A stretch of DNA of 64,000 nucleotides from Calditrichaceae bacterium. Its GTDB lineage: Bacteria > Calditrichota > Calditrichia > Calditrichales > JBFXGD01. Numbering within the stretch: the first letter of the stretch is position 1; the number at the start of each line of letters is the position of its first letter. The DNA is taken from positions 31,463-95,462 of the forward strand of contig JBFXLE010000015.1 in assembly GCA_050173015.1 (NCBI GenBank). Reading direction: 5' to 3'. The notes under the pieces were generated by a model that saw only the letters and a program-made list of their open reading frames with translations, did not search any database and had not been told where the DNA came from. Below are positions 39,828 through 48,808 of the stretch, in pieces. Both the position numbers and the translations under genes were made by a program.

Positions 39828-41324
39828 ATGAAAAAAATGCTACAAGCTGTTCTGCTAATTATGACTCTTGTTTTCTGGGTCAGCGCTTCTTTCTCACAAA
39901 CTATTGATGTTACCTACCAGGCCGGACCCGCAATGAATGCCGCGAGTATGGGTCAATTTTCCGCGACTCTCCCGAACGGTGATCAGTTGCAAATTGGCGG
40001 TCACGGAACCGGATTCACTTCCCAGAATACAGCGGAGATTTTTTCACCCGAAACCGGAAACTTCACTATGAAAACTATGAACTATCCCCACGACATGTGT
40101 GCGGCTACGCGGATGAATGACGGAAGAATATTTATCGCGGGAGGAGCCGAAAACTGGGGAGTTGCCCCGGGATACGCCACCGCCGAGATTTTCGATCCTG
40201 CAGACCTGACATTTACGCCCATAAGTTCCATGAATTATGCCCGATGTAATTTTTCTGCGGCGACCCTTTCCAATGGAACGATTCTCGTCGCCGGTGCCTG
40301 GTATGCCACAACCAATGCAACTTATGGAGAAATATATAATCCCGACACCGATACATTCAGCCTGACAAAGGCCCTGAATACTCCGAGATCTCATCCGGTT
40401 ATCCTTCCTACCGATGACGGCGGCGCCGTTGTATTCGGTGGAGTGGGACCCTATGGCAATACATCTATAGAGCAGGTTGAATATTTTAATCCGGCAGATA
40501 CAAGTTTTAGTATTTTACAAGATCAGCTTTTCCCCGATGAGGACTCAGGTTGGTATGTACTCAAATTAAATCACTACAGGACAACGGATTTACATCAGCT
40601 TACCGATGGAAGATATGTAATGATCGCCTACCGCAGCAACGGCGACTATTATAATTACACTCTTTTCACATTTGATCCGGCAACAAAACAATTTTCCAGA
40701 CTTGCAACTAATCCGGAACTTCCTTCGACTCAAACAGATAACTTCTTCGGGCCATTGATCGACAAACAAAACAATACGATTTACCTCATGTCCACGGTGA
40801 CGGGAGTGTTTCCTACCGAGGTTCGTCTGTTTACCGTAAACGCGACTGACAGCACATTGTATCCGCCTACAGTAAATTGTACGGTAACTCCTGATTATTA
40901 TCTTTCTTCCGCTTTGCTTGCTTTGCTTAACGACGGAAGAATTTTAGTTTCCGGAGGCCATTCGGAAACGGGTTATAACACCAATTTTTCACCTGTTCCT
41001 TATTCGTTTTTCCTTACACCAGATTATCATCCTACCGGAATCATGGATATTCAGCCGCTGTCATATGAATTAAGATTCAGTAATTACCCGAATCCATTCA
41101 ATAATGCAACGGTTTTTGACTTTACGCTGACGCGTCCGGGGAAAGTGAATCTGACGGTTGTCAATGTGCTTGGTCAGGTCGTTGAAAAGGTTGTCGGAGA
41201 GAATTATTCCGCCGGCCATCACAGCATCCACTGGAATGCCGGAAGTCTTCCGAGCGGTATATATTTCTGCCGGCTGGAGGCTCCGGAAGGAATTAGCACA
41301 AGAAAAATTATCCTGATGAAATAA
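39828..41324 (+). CDS. Secreted Kelch-repeat protein with T9SS-type C-terminal sorting domain
   Basis: Signal peptide; Kelch/galactose-oxidase-like repeats (DGRIFIAGG, AEIFDP); C-terminus NYPNPFN...SGIYFCRL...RKIILMK. Confidence 0.85.
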   Translation: MKKMLQAVLLIMTLVFWVSASFSQTIDVTYQAGPAMNAASMGQFSATLPNGDQLQIGGHGTGFTSQNTAEIFSPETGNFTMKTMNYPHDMCAATRMNDGRIFIAGGAENWGVAPGYATAEIFDPADLTFTPISSMNYARCNFSAATLSNGTILVAGAWYATTNATYGEIYNPDTDTFSLTKALNTPRSHPVILPTDDGGAVVFGGVGPYGNTSIEQVEYFNPADTSFSILQDQLFPDEDSGWYVLKLNHYRTTDLHQLTDGRYVMIAYRSNGDYYNYTLFTFDPATKQFSRLATNPELPSTQTDNFFGPLIDKQNNTIYLMSTVTGVFPTEVRLFTVNATDSTLYPPTVNCTVTPDYYLSSALLALLNDGRILVSGGHSETGYNTNFSPVPYSFFLTPDYHPTGIMDIQPLSYELRFSNYPNPFNNATVFDFTLTRPGKVNLTVVNVLGQVVEKVVGENYSAGHHSIHWNAGSLPSGIYFCRLEAPEGISTRKIILMK

Positions 41325-41330
41325 ATATCC

Positions 41331-41369
41331 TACGGGAATCCGCTTCATTCGGGCGGATTCCCGTATTTT
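41331..41369 (+). terminator. Rho-independent terminator
   Basis: TACGGGAATCCGC...GCGGATTCCCGTA followed by TTTT. Confidence 0.8.
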
Positions 41370-41470
41370 AGATTTATAGTTACTGAATAAACAACCTTCG
41401 GTAAAATCATTTTATTTTTTTTACCGACCCGAAAAGTCCGTATTGATGTCCCCGTCAGGGGGTGATGTAG

Positions 41471-41968
41471 TTAATCTAAATCAATTAGCATTGTCCAGGC
41501 ATCACCTGTATCACATACTTTATGGAAGCCTAATTTTTGATACAATCTCAGAGCATAATTTTCAGGAGTAACACTCAAACTTATTCCTTTGATATCTGAG
41601 TCTTTAGCGTAGTGAATGATTTTCTTCATTAAAAATGTCCCAATTCCTTTTCCCCGGAATTCTTTCCTGATTGCTATCCCCAACTCAGGAATATCTTCGT
41701 CCACAAAACCAAAGGAGTGATCTTTCAGAGTAAAAAACCGATACCAAACCGCGCCGACAGGCTGATCATCTATATCCAGTACAATTATTGATAGATCACC
41801 TTCCCTATTCCCCCAATCATTCAATATTTTATTTAAATCTGGATGCGAGAATATTTCTTCCAACGATGGTCTGTTTTCCGGTTGATTCCATAGAATGGCT
41901 TCGTATAGCATTTCCTTAAGAAAGGGCAAATCACTTTTTGTACCGATTCTATATTTATGTTGGTACAT
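41471..41968 (-). CDS. GNAT family N-acetyltransferase
   Basis: PELGIAIRKEFRGKGIGT; N.ALRLYQKLGF. Confidence 0.9.
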   Translation of the reverse strand: MYQHKYRIGTKSDLPFLKEMLYEAILWNQPENRPSLEEIFSHPDLNKILNDWGNREGDLSIIVLDIDDQPVGAVWYRFFTLKDHSFGFVDEDIPELGIAIRKEFRGKGIGTFLMKKIIHYAKDSDIKGISLSVTPENYALRLYQKLGFHKVCDTGDAWTMLIDLD

Positions 41969-42041
41969 CTTGTAATACTCACCTTCAATCATAAACATTG
42001 GGACATTTGCGAAAATCTGTAGTGACTATTTTGAATGGCTC

Positions 42042-42254
42042 TTACCTCAGGCCCTCCGGCAGGGGTTTCCAGATTTTGAATGTGGTGATGTCTTCAAATT
42101 TAGCGCGCCCGGCATGCCAATTTCTGTTCTCATCCAAATGAGCGACGGTGATTCCTGTGTAGTTTTTACTCTCATCCCTGAATCTTGATGACCAGACAAA
42201 TACTTTTGTATTGGGTTCCGGTAAACAATCCTTTGTATTGATCCAATCTGACAC
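42042..42254 (-). CDS. Small hypothetical protein (DUF551-like)
   Basis: GTG start after GGAGGT; SDWINTKDCLPE...WKPLPE pattern. Confidence 0.55.
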   Translation of the reverse strand: MSDWINTKDCLPEPNTKVFVWSSRFRDESKNYTGITVAHLDENRNWHAGRAKFEDITTFKIWKPLPEGLR

Positions 42255-42379
42255 AGTTACCTCCGGAAGATAAAAATTTGTATAAATATTGCCGCAATAA
42301 TTTAACATTTCGTCAATATTTTCCGGAGGATAAACCTTATAAATTAATTGATCAGGATTTGATCATTAATAATATATTA

Positions 42380-44785
42380 TCACTCCCAGGCGTTTTCTAA
42401 CCTGCCGTTTTCAAATCTCCAAAAGGGTGTCCATACAAGACTGACAAGCTTTACTGAAATATTGGTTTTTTTTGGGCGGATGGTTACCGCCTCCAGCTCT
42501 TCCTTCATCACATCATATTTTTCTGAATAAGCTGTAACTTCCTCCTGAAATTCGGTTTCCAGATCTTTTAATCGCTGCTGCAGCTGTTGTAAATCTTCTT
42601 CAGCCCGATCAATATCGCCTGCTTCCTTAAATGAACGGCTGGCGCTTCGAATAGCCGTTCCCGCTTTGCTGACCGTAGTCCGGCTAACCGCTTTACGTCC
42701 CAGAAACGCTCCGATTAAAGTCGCGCCAATTGATATGGCTGTCTGGTATTTTTGTTGTTGTGACTGCTCCTTCTCCCGTTCGATTTTCTGTTGCGCCTTA
42801 CGCATTTTCTCCTCAACAGAAGCCATTTTTTTCGCGTATTTTTCTCTTAACTTATCAGTCCAGTCATCACGCTGTTCTCTGGATATCTGAGTGATACGGA
42901 TTCTAAAATCCTGCTCGGTTTCTTCCGGCAGTGAAACTTCTTTTAAGGAAGGACTTTTTAGCAGTACCCGTTTCTGAAAGCGGTAGAGATAATCTTTAAA
43001 ATCCTTTTCCCATTGAGAATAGTTTTTGGAATGTCCGGCCGCTGCAGGAACCTTTCCGAATGAAGCATCGCTTTCGGGCTGTGTATCAAGCTCTGTTTCA
43101 TCCAGCCTGCCGGTCTCCCCCTCTTCCCAGTTTATGGTCAACGCGCCGTCGTGAAGCGGAAAAATTTGAGTAACCCGGGCTGTCTCCTCCAGACCGGTTT
43201 TACGATCAGAAAAGTGAACCGTCGCCGAACCCAATAACGCCGGTTGATAAGCCAGATCGCTCCCTGCGGGCTGTGATCCGCGGACGGGTACAAACAACTG
43301 CCGTATATCAGGCGGAAGGGTCGGGCGCGCTTGTCCCGATGCAGCCTTCGATACCTGCTGAACGGGCTTTGGCGTACCTTTTTGAACAAGATCTTTAATT
43401 TGATTCCGGGTCAGCGGTCCGCTTAGGTAAGACATGGCCCAGCGAGTGTGGAAGACCACCGGAGCGTCTTCATGAACATTATGCAGCAGAAAAACTCTTT
43501 TATCCAGTCCGGATAGTGTCCGTTCCATGGCCGGACGGTCAAACTTCCCGCCGCCGGCGGCCGTCACTCCGGCCAGACCATCCAGAACCCGGTCCCGATC
43601 CCGTTCCGTCTGCAATCGGCCGAGGAACCAGGTTCCCGTATTGGACAAACCTTTATAATCCAGATCGACAGGATTCTGCGTGGCGACAACAACTCCGACT
43701 CCAAAGGCCCGCGCTTGTTTCAACAGTGTCAATAATGGTTTTTTGGACGGCGGATTGCTTACAGGCGGCATGTAACCGTATAGCTCATCGATATAAAGCA
43801 GGGCGCGCAGGCTTCCCGTTCCCGACTGCGTTCTCATCCAGCCAATAAACTGGTTTAACAGCATCGACACAAAAAACATTCTCTCGGCGTCTGACAGATG
43901 AGCGATGTAAAATATGGATACCCGCGGCTTTCCCGATTCCGTATATAAAAACTGCTGAACATCCATCGCGTCCCCCTCGAGCCAGGTCTGAAACGCGGGT
44001 GAGGCGAGCAGATTATTCATCCGCATGGCCAAATCGAACCGTTCTTTTGCCGGATAGAACGAATCGACATTAAACACTCCAATCTGGCTTACCGGCGGAT
44101 TTTGTACCGACTGAATCAAATCCGGCAACGTCAGATCCCGTCCATCACCCCAGGAATGATTCAGAATCGTTGAAAGCAAAATATGTTCACGGCTCTTCAC
44201 CGGATCGGCGTCAATGCCCAAAAGTCCAAGTAAACTTGTGACCGTTGTGCTGATCCGTTCCTGGAACGTCTCCATTTCTTCCCTGATCTCAACCGGCGGC
44301 GCGGCAAACGATTTCAGAATCGAAACCGGCATGCCTGCCGAGCTTCCGGGTGTATAAATGGTATAATCAGCGCTGTCTTTTAATCGCTGTATCCGTTCAC
44401 CGTCTTCCCCCCATCCCGCAAGGCCGTTTTTCCACAACTCAGCCTGTTTTTCAGCGAATTTTTCGGGAGAAAGCCCCTTTCTCGCCGCCTCACTTTCATC
44501 GATCCATGGACGGAAATTTTCCGGGAGCAGATCAGGAAAAGTCAGCAATAAATTTGTCATATCCCCTTTTGGATCAATAATGATCGCCGGAATGGAATCT
44601 ATTGCCGCTTCCTCCAGAAGCGAGATGCATAAACCGGTCTTTCCGCTTCCGGTCATCCCGAGACTTACCGCGTGCGTCGTTAAATCTTTTGAGTCGTACA
44701 GAACCAGTTCATCGGTGATTTTTTTCTCCTGAAGATCATATTTCTTTCCAAGATAAAACGACCCTAACTTTTCAAAGTTTTCCAT
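42380..44785 (-). CDS. HerA/FtsK-superfamily (DUF87/DUF853-like) P-loop ATPase with C-terminal coiled coil
   Basis: THAVSLGMTGSGKT Walker A; IIDPKGD; LLYIDE Walker B; KQARAFG and ATQNP. Confidence 0.85.
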   Translation of the reverse strand: MENFEKLGSFYLGKKYDLQEKKITDELVLYDSKDLTTHAVSLGMTGSGKTGLCISLLEEAAIDSIPAIIIDPKGDMTNLLLTFPDLLPENFRPWIDESEAARKGLSPEKFAEKQAELWKNGLAGWGEDGERIQRLKDSADYTIYTPGSSAGMPVSILKSFAAPPVEIREEMETFQERISTTVTSLLGLLGIDADPVKSREHILLSTILNHSWGDGRDLTLPDLIQSVQNPPVSQIGVFNVDSFYPAKERFDLAMRMNNLLASPAFQTWLEGDAMDVQQFLYTESGKPRVSIFYIAHLSDAERMFFVSMLLNQFIGWMRTQSGTGSLRALLYIDELYGYMPPVSNPPSKKPLLTLLKQARAFGVGVVVATQNPVDLDYKGLSNTGTWFLGRLQTERDRDRVLDGLAGVTAAGGGKFDRPAMERTLSGLDKRVFLLHNVHEDAPVVFHTRWAMSYLSGPLTRNQIKDLVQKGTPKPVQQVSKAASGQARPTLPPDIRQLFVPVRGSQPAGSDLAYQPALLGSATVHFSDRKTGLEETARVTQIFPLHDGALTINWEEGETGRLDETELDTQPESDASFGKVPAAAGHSKNYSQWEKDFKDYLYRFQKRVLLKSPSLKEVSLPEETEQDFRIRITQISREQRDDWTDKLREKYAKKMASVEEKMRKAQQKIEREKEQSQQQKYQTAISIGATLIGAFLGRKAVSRTTVSKAGTAIRSASRSFKEAGDIDRAEEDLQQLQQRLKDLETEFQEEVTAYSEKYDVMKEELEAVTIRPKKTNISVKLVSLVWTPFWRFENGRLENAWE

Positions 44786-44993
44786 AGTTCTCCCGGCATT
44801 CATCAGTTTATATCAATTTTTATTATTTATGAATATCGATATTGGATTGGATGAGGTGTACAATAAAATTATAGCATAGCGAAATTCGGCCCCCCGAAAA
44901 TAAAAAAAAATCTGCATGGTGCCTCCAGGAAGAGACATAATCCCACACAGAAATCAACGCATTTTTTAGGATTAATGCAAGTATGAAAAATTT

Positions 44994-45830
44994 TTACAGG
45001 AATGTATAAGAAAGTCCCGCGGCAAGTGTCTGCTTAAGTTGCCTTTTAGATGTTATATCTCTGTCATAAAACAGTTTTACATTAAAGCTCACACCGATAT
45101 ATTTTGATACCTTCGCGGAAAACAGATTATCCCAGTTCACATCCACTTCATTCATCGCGTTTAGTGAAGAAAACAACTCCAGTTTGGATGTATAAAGAAT
45201 GGTTTCACTGAGTTTCAGGTTCACATCCGTTACCGATTCGGCGCCAAACTCAACCCGGCTTTTTTCTCCGTCGCCGTAAATATCCGCGTATTTATCAGTA
45301 ATGGTTTCTTTTAATGCCGCGCCAAGCCTTGTTTTGATATTTTTGTTTGGCTCATATCCCAAACCCGCGCTCTGAGTAAAATAACCCGGATCAAGAAAAT
45401 TTGATATTTCGGCTTTGGCATCATCCGTATAGATATATCCTTTGACAAACTGGGTCTGTCCCGTAACCGCGACATACGGATTTACATAAACTCCCAACTT
45501 ATAGGTATAAACACTTTCCAGTTTTATTTCATCAGCCGCTTTCCGTGATTCGATATCCCCGACCTTGGCTTGCCCGAATGATATTTTACCGGAGTTAGCC
45601 CAATTGTATTTTGGCTGATCATTGATGTATTTTCCATTGATATCAATCTGCCATGACCAGGAATCTTCGCCGCCCTGAGCCCAGTTATCAAAATTATTCT
45701 GAGTAAAATTAAGATTGCCGACAATAGATTTCTGCCATCCGTAAACAGGTTCCTTTTTCTCTTTGTCCTGCGCCATTGCCACAGCGAATATTAAAAACAA
45801 AGACATTAGAATGTAATTTAACAATTTCAT
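44994..45830 (-). CDS. DUF3078-like outer-membrane beta-barrel protein
   Basis: Signal peptide; NFTQNNFDNWAQGGE; C-terminal GLSYTFL. Confidence 0.75.
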   Translation of the reverse strand: MKLLNYILMSLFLIFAVAMAQDKEKKEPVYGWQKSIVGNLNFTQNNFDNWAQGGEDSWSWQIDINGKYINDQPKYNWANSGKISFGQAKVGDIESRKAADEIKLESVYTYKLGVYVNPYVAVTGQTQFVKGYIYTDDAKAEISNFLDPGYFTQSAGLGYEPNKNIKTRLGAALKETITDKYADIYGDGEKSRVEFGAESVTDVNLKLSETILYTSKLELFSSLNAMNEVDVNWDNLFSAKVSKYIGVSFNVKLFYDRDITSKRQLKQTLAAGLSYTFL

Positions 45831-45903
45831 CTACTTTCCTTCCCACTTAGATTATTACTGTCCGGATAGTATCCTTCTTCCCAGACAGTAATATAATTTT
45901 CAT

Positions 45904-46365
45904 TTATATAAATTTCGTAAGCTTACCGAGTAAGCCGCCTGATTTTGATCCGCCCAGCAAACTATCCAGCCCGGGAATCGCTCCCGCTACTTTTTCAAGT
46001 GTCTCCGCGGATACATTTTTTTGCAGGTACGTAAAAACAACCGGTAAAAACTTTTTTACCATACTCATGGAAAAACCGGCTTTTGAAAAATTATCGATCA
46101 TCGATGAAAACTGAGCGGATTGTCCGCCAAGCAGACCGCCGGCCATCTTTGATAATCCGCCGAACAGGCCTCCGGATGATTTTCCCTGTGTATTTAAAAA
46201 TCCGGTCAAGAGATCGCCGGCTCCCGGAATTGCCGAAGAGATACTGCTGAAAGTATCAGAGGGAGCGTTTTGTTTTACGGTATTCAGCAGCGCTCCAAGC
46301 CCACTTTCAGCTTTGCTTTTGTCAATGCCGAGTTCGGAAACAAGGCTTGTCAATAATTCTGTCAT
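45904..46365 (-). CDS. Gly-rich helical protein (DUF2780-like)
   Basis: LVSELGI...AESGLGALL...IPGA...GGLLGG pattern. Confidence 0.6.
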   Translation of the reverse strand: MTELLTSLVSELGIDKSKAESGLGALLNTVKQNAPSDTFSSISSAIPGAGDLLTGFLNTQGKSSGGLFGGLSKMAGGLLGGQSAQFSSMIDNFSKAGFSMSMVKKFLPVVFTYLQKNVSAETLEKVAGAIPGLDSLLGGSKSGGLLGKLTKFI

Positions 46366-46411
46366 TATAACTCCTTAAAAAGGTAAAATAATTAAACCGA
46401 GATATCCAAAC

Positions 46412-46846
46412 CTACTTACGATTTGGAATTCGGATACGCTGTCCCGGATAAATCAGATTCGGGTCTTTAATGACTTCCCGGTTTGCTTCGAATATTACCG
46501 GGTATTTCATGGCATCACCGTAATAGCGTTGGGCGATCTTTGAGAGCGAATCACCTTTGACTATGGTATAATATTCTGTTTCTTCCCTGGCCGGAGGCGC
46601 CTGCAAATTATCAGCATTAACCTTTTCCACACCCTTAACATTCCCGGCGATCAACAGCGCTTTTTCTTTTGTAGCCTGAGAATCGCATGTTCCGGCAAGC
46701 GTTACCACTCCGTCAGCAAATTTAACATCGAGCTGTGATATCCCGCCCTTAAGTTCTTTTTCAACAAGCTTTTTAATATCTTCAGCCTCATCGCCTCCGC
46801 CAAAAATACTGGCACCGGTATCTTTTAAAAAATCAATAAATCCCAT
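46412..46846 (-). CDS. BON-LysM protein (Kbp/YgaU family)
   Basis: MGFIDFLKDTG, AGNVKGV and YTIVKGDSLSKIA...IFEANR...IYPGQ. Confidence 0.9.
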   Translation of the reverse strand: MGFIDFLKDTGASIFGGGDEAEDIKKLVEKELKGGISQLDVKFADGVVTLAGTCDSQATKEKALLIAGNVKGVEKVNADNLQAPPAREETEYYTIVKGDSLSKIAQRYYGDAMKYPVIFEANREVIKDPNLIYPGQRIRIPNRK

Positions 46847-46925
46847 CTTTGTCTCCTTAAAAATTGTGTTTTGAAAAGAAAGGCCTTGTCAATAACCGGC
46901 AAGGCCCATTACAAACTAGCGGCAA

Positions 46926-47339
46926 TTAGTAGGTTACCATCGGTTCCAGCTTTTTTGCATGCTCAATCCAGGCTTCAACATTGGCCATGCCGGGAAGCTG
47001 ACGTACCAAACCACGTCCCGAAGAATTTACTTCCTTCATCTTGCTGAGCAGATTCGCGGCATTCCGGTTTCGTAGTTCTTTCACTGTGTCAACACCTGCT
47101 TTTTCGAGTAATTCGGCATATTCGCTTCCTACACCCTTTACACGGAACAGGTCAGCCATGTTGACCCATTTAAGTACCGTCGCTTCATCGATCCCTGTTT
47201 TTTCCGCAATCGCTTTTCTTCCCGGTTTTGTGCATCCTTTTTTGAGAAGCGCGTTTACGCTGCGTACATTGGCGCTCTGCAGTTTTTTTGCAAAACTGGG
47301 GCCGATACCTTCAACTTCACTGATTTTGTAACTTGCCAT
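46926..47339 (-). CDS. DUF4332 helix-hairpin-helix protein
   Basis: VEGIGP...WVNMADLFRVKGVG...LLEKAGVDTVKEL. Confidence 0.85.
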   Translation of the reverse strand: MASYKISEVEGIGPSFAKKLQSANVRSVNALLKKGCTKPGRKAIAEKTGIDEATVLKWVNMADLFRVKGVGSEYAELLEKAGVDTVKELRNRNAANLLSKMKEVNSSGRGLVRQLPGMANVEAWIEHAKKLEPMVTY

Positions 47340-47396
47340 GATTCAATCTCCTTCTTTTGTTAATGATTTGGATTATTTGTTTGTTGCGTTATATAT

Positions 47397-47413
47397 ATCA
47401 AACGCGGTGCCAG
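47397..47413 (-). promoter_or_regulatory. Putative sigma54 promoter for the DUF4332-kbp genes
   Basis: CTGGCAC-CGCGT-TTGAT, about 58 bp upstream of the ATG; variant -12 element. Confidence 0.6.
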
Positions 47414-47752
47414 TTTTTATAAATAAGATTTTATCGGAGGGGGAAAGGATGGCAAATTAAGCCATAAGACATTGATTTTTAACGCCTTACTAATAAATAA
47501 ATATTTGGAAATGAACCATGGTCCCGTGTGATGGAGTTGTGTTCGTGTGAGAAGAAGTGGGTGAAATCACCTGAAAATTAAATCGTGTTGTGGAAAATAA
47601 CCCATGTAGCACCAGTCTCCCCCCGACTGAATGAACTGTGAATAATATAGATATATTCTGAGTAAAAGCACCATAAAAATAAAAAAAAAGCGGCGCTGCA
47701 AAAAAACAGTACCGCTTTTTCATTACCCGGGGCAGGGTAACGAGAGAATGAG

Positions 47753-48196
47753 TTATTGCTTTAATTCAGTAGTACAATTGGGACAGCGGGTTGCTTTGAT
47801 TGAAATCTGCGTAAAACAGTGAGGGCACTCCTTGGTCGTCGGAGCCGGCGCCGGCTTATCTTCTTCTTTTTTCTTCATACGATTCATCTGCTTCACTACC
47901 ATAAATATGGCAAAGGCGATAATCAGAAAATCCAGAATGGTATTGACAAAGACTCCATAGTTAATGGTCGCTGCCCCCGCTTCCTGTGCCGCGGCAAGAG
48001 TTTCGTATCCCATGCCTGATAAATCATAAAATAAATTCGTGAAATCAACATTCCCCATCAGCATACCTATCGGCGGCATGATGACATCTTTAACGAGTGA
48101 ACTGACGATTTTTCCAAAGGCCCCACCAATAATGATACCGATTGCCATATCCATTACATTTCCGCGCATGGCAAATTCTTTGAATTCTTTAAACAT
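47753..48196 (-). CDS. mscL: Large-conductance mechanosensitive channel with C-terminal zinc-ribbon
   Basis: [38 protein letters not shown]; tail CPHC...CPNC. Confidence 0.95.
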   Translation of the reverse strand: MFKEFKEFAMRGNVMDMAIGIIIGGAFGKIVSSLVKDVIMPPIGMLMGNVDFTNLFYDLSGMGYETLAAAQEAGAATINYGVFVNTILDFLIIAFAIFMVVKQMNRMKKKEEDKPAPAPTTKECPHCFTQISIKATRCPNCTTELKQ

Positions 48197-48256
48197 AGAG
48201 TTCTCCTTTTAATGACGCGTTTATCTAACTTTGTTTCTGATTAACCGGCATGTATT

Positions 48257-48273
48257 TTCAAATGATATGCCAG
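48257..48273 (-). promoter_or_regulatory. Putative sigma54 promoter for mscL
   Basis: CTGGCAT-ATCAT-TTGAA, about 60 bp upstream of the ATG; same TTGA -12 variant as at 47397. Confidence 0.5.
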
Positions 48274-48417
48274 CCATTATTTTACGACTTCTAATTTTAC
48301 GTGAACTGCTGTTTATAATCACTTTATGACAAATCATTAATGATCAGTCGTCAATATGATGTTTATAAAAACCGTGGCAATTCACCCGCAATCAATGTCA
48401 TATCCCCCTGCATTTTA

Positions 48418-48627
48418 TCAAGGTTTTCTTTTTTTCTTCTTTTTTTGAGGGGACAAAAGTTTTTCGCGGTCCTTTTTGGGCCTGTCTTTTTCTTTTACGA
48501 AATCAGACTGTAAATTGGATTGCCATTTGAACAGATGACCGCAATTTTCGCAAACGACAAACAGACCGATCAGCGTATCCGGACTTATCGTTAATTTCCC
48601 CGAGCATTTTGGACAGATAATTTTCAT
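48418..48627 (-). CDS. Small zinc-ribbon protein with basic tail
   Basis: MKIICPKC...VCENCGHLF; Lys-rich C-terminus. Confidence 0.55.
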   Translation of the reverse strand: MKIICPKCSGKLTISPDTLIGLFVVCENCGHLFKWQSNLQSDFVKEKDRPKKDREKLLSPQKKKKKRKP

Positions 48628-48808
48628 AACTTCACCATACACCGGAAGTATCAAATTATCTGCCACTTTTTTTATTCATCCCTGAGTTTTATCGCAAGTT
48701 TAAAAATATCAACCATTTGGAAGGATAAATAATTCAAAACTAAAATTGAGTTTTCTAAAAGATACCGGGGGATATTTCCATGTTGAGGGTCTTTTGGCTC
48801 GGCAAATT

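Noticed and set aside
41400-42041. GNAT gene as an integron cassette
   Set aside because: No convincing attC (RYYYAAC...GTTRRRY) pair and no integrase in the window.
47490-47723. 77-aa ORF between mscL and DUF4332
   Set aside because: It overlaps the mscL terminator hairpin and putative regulatory sites and has no protein-like features.
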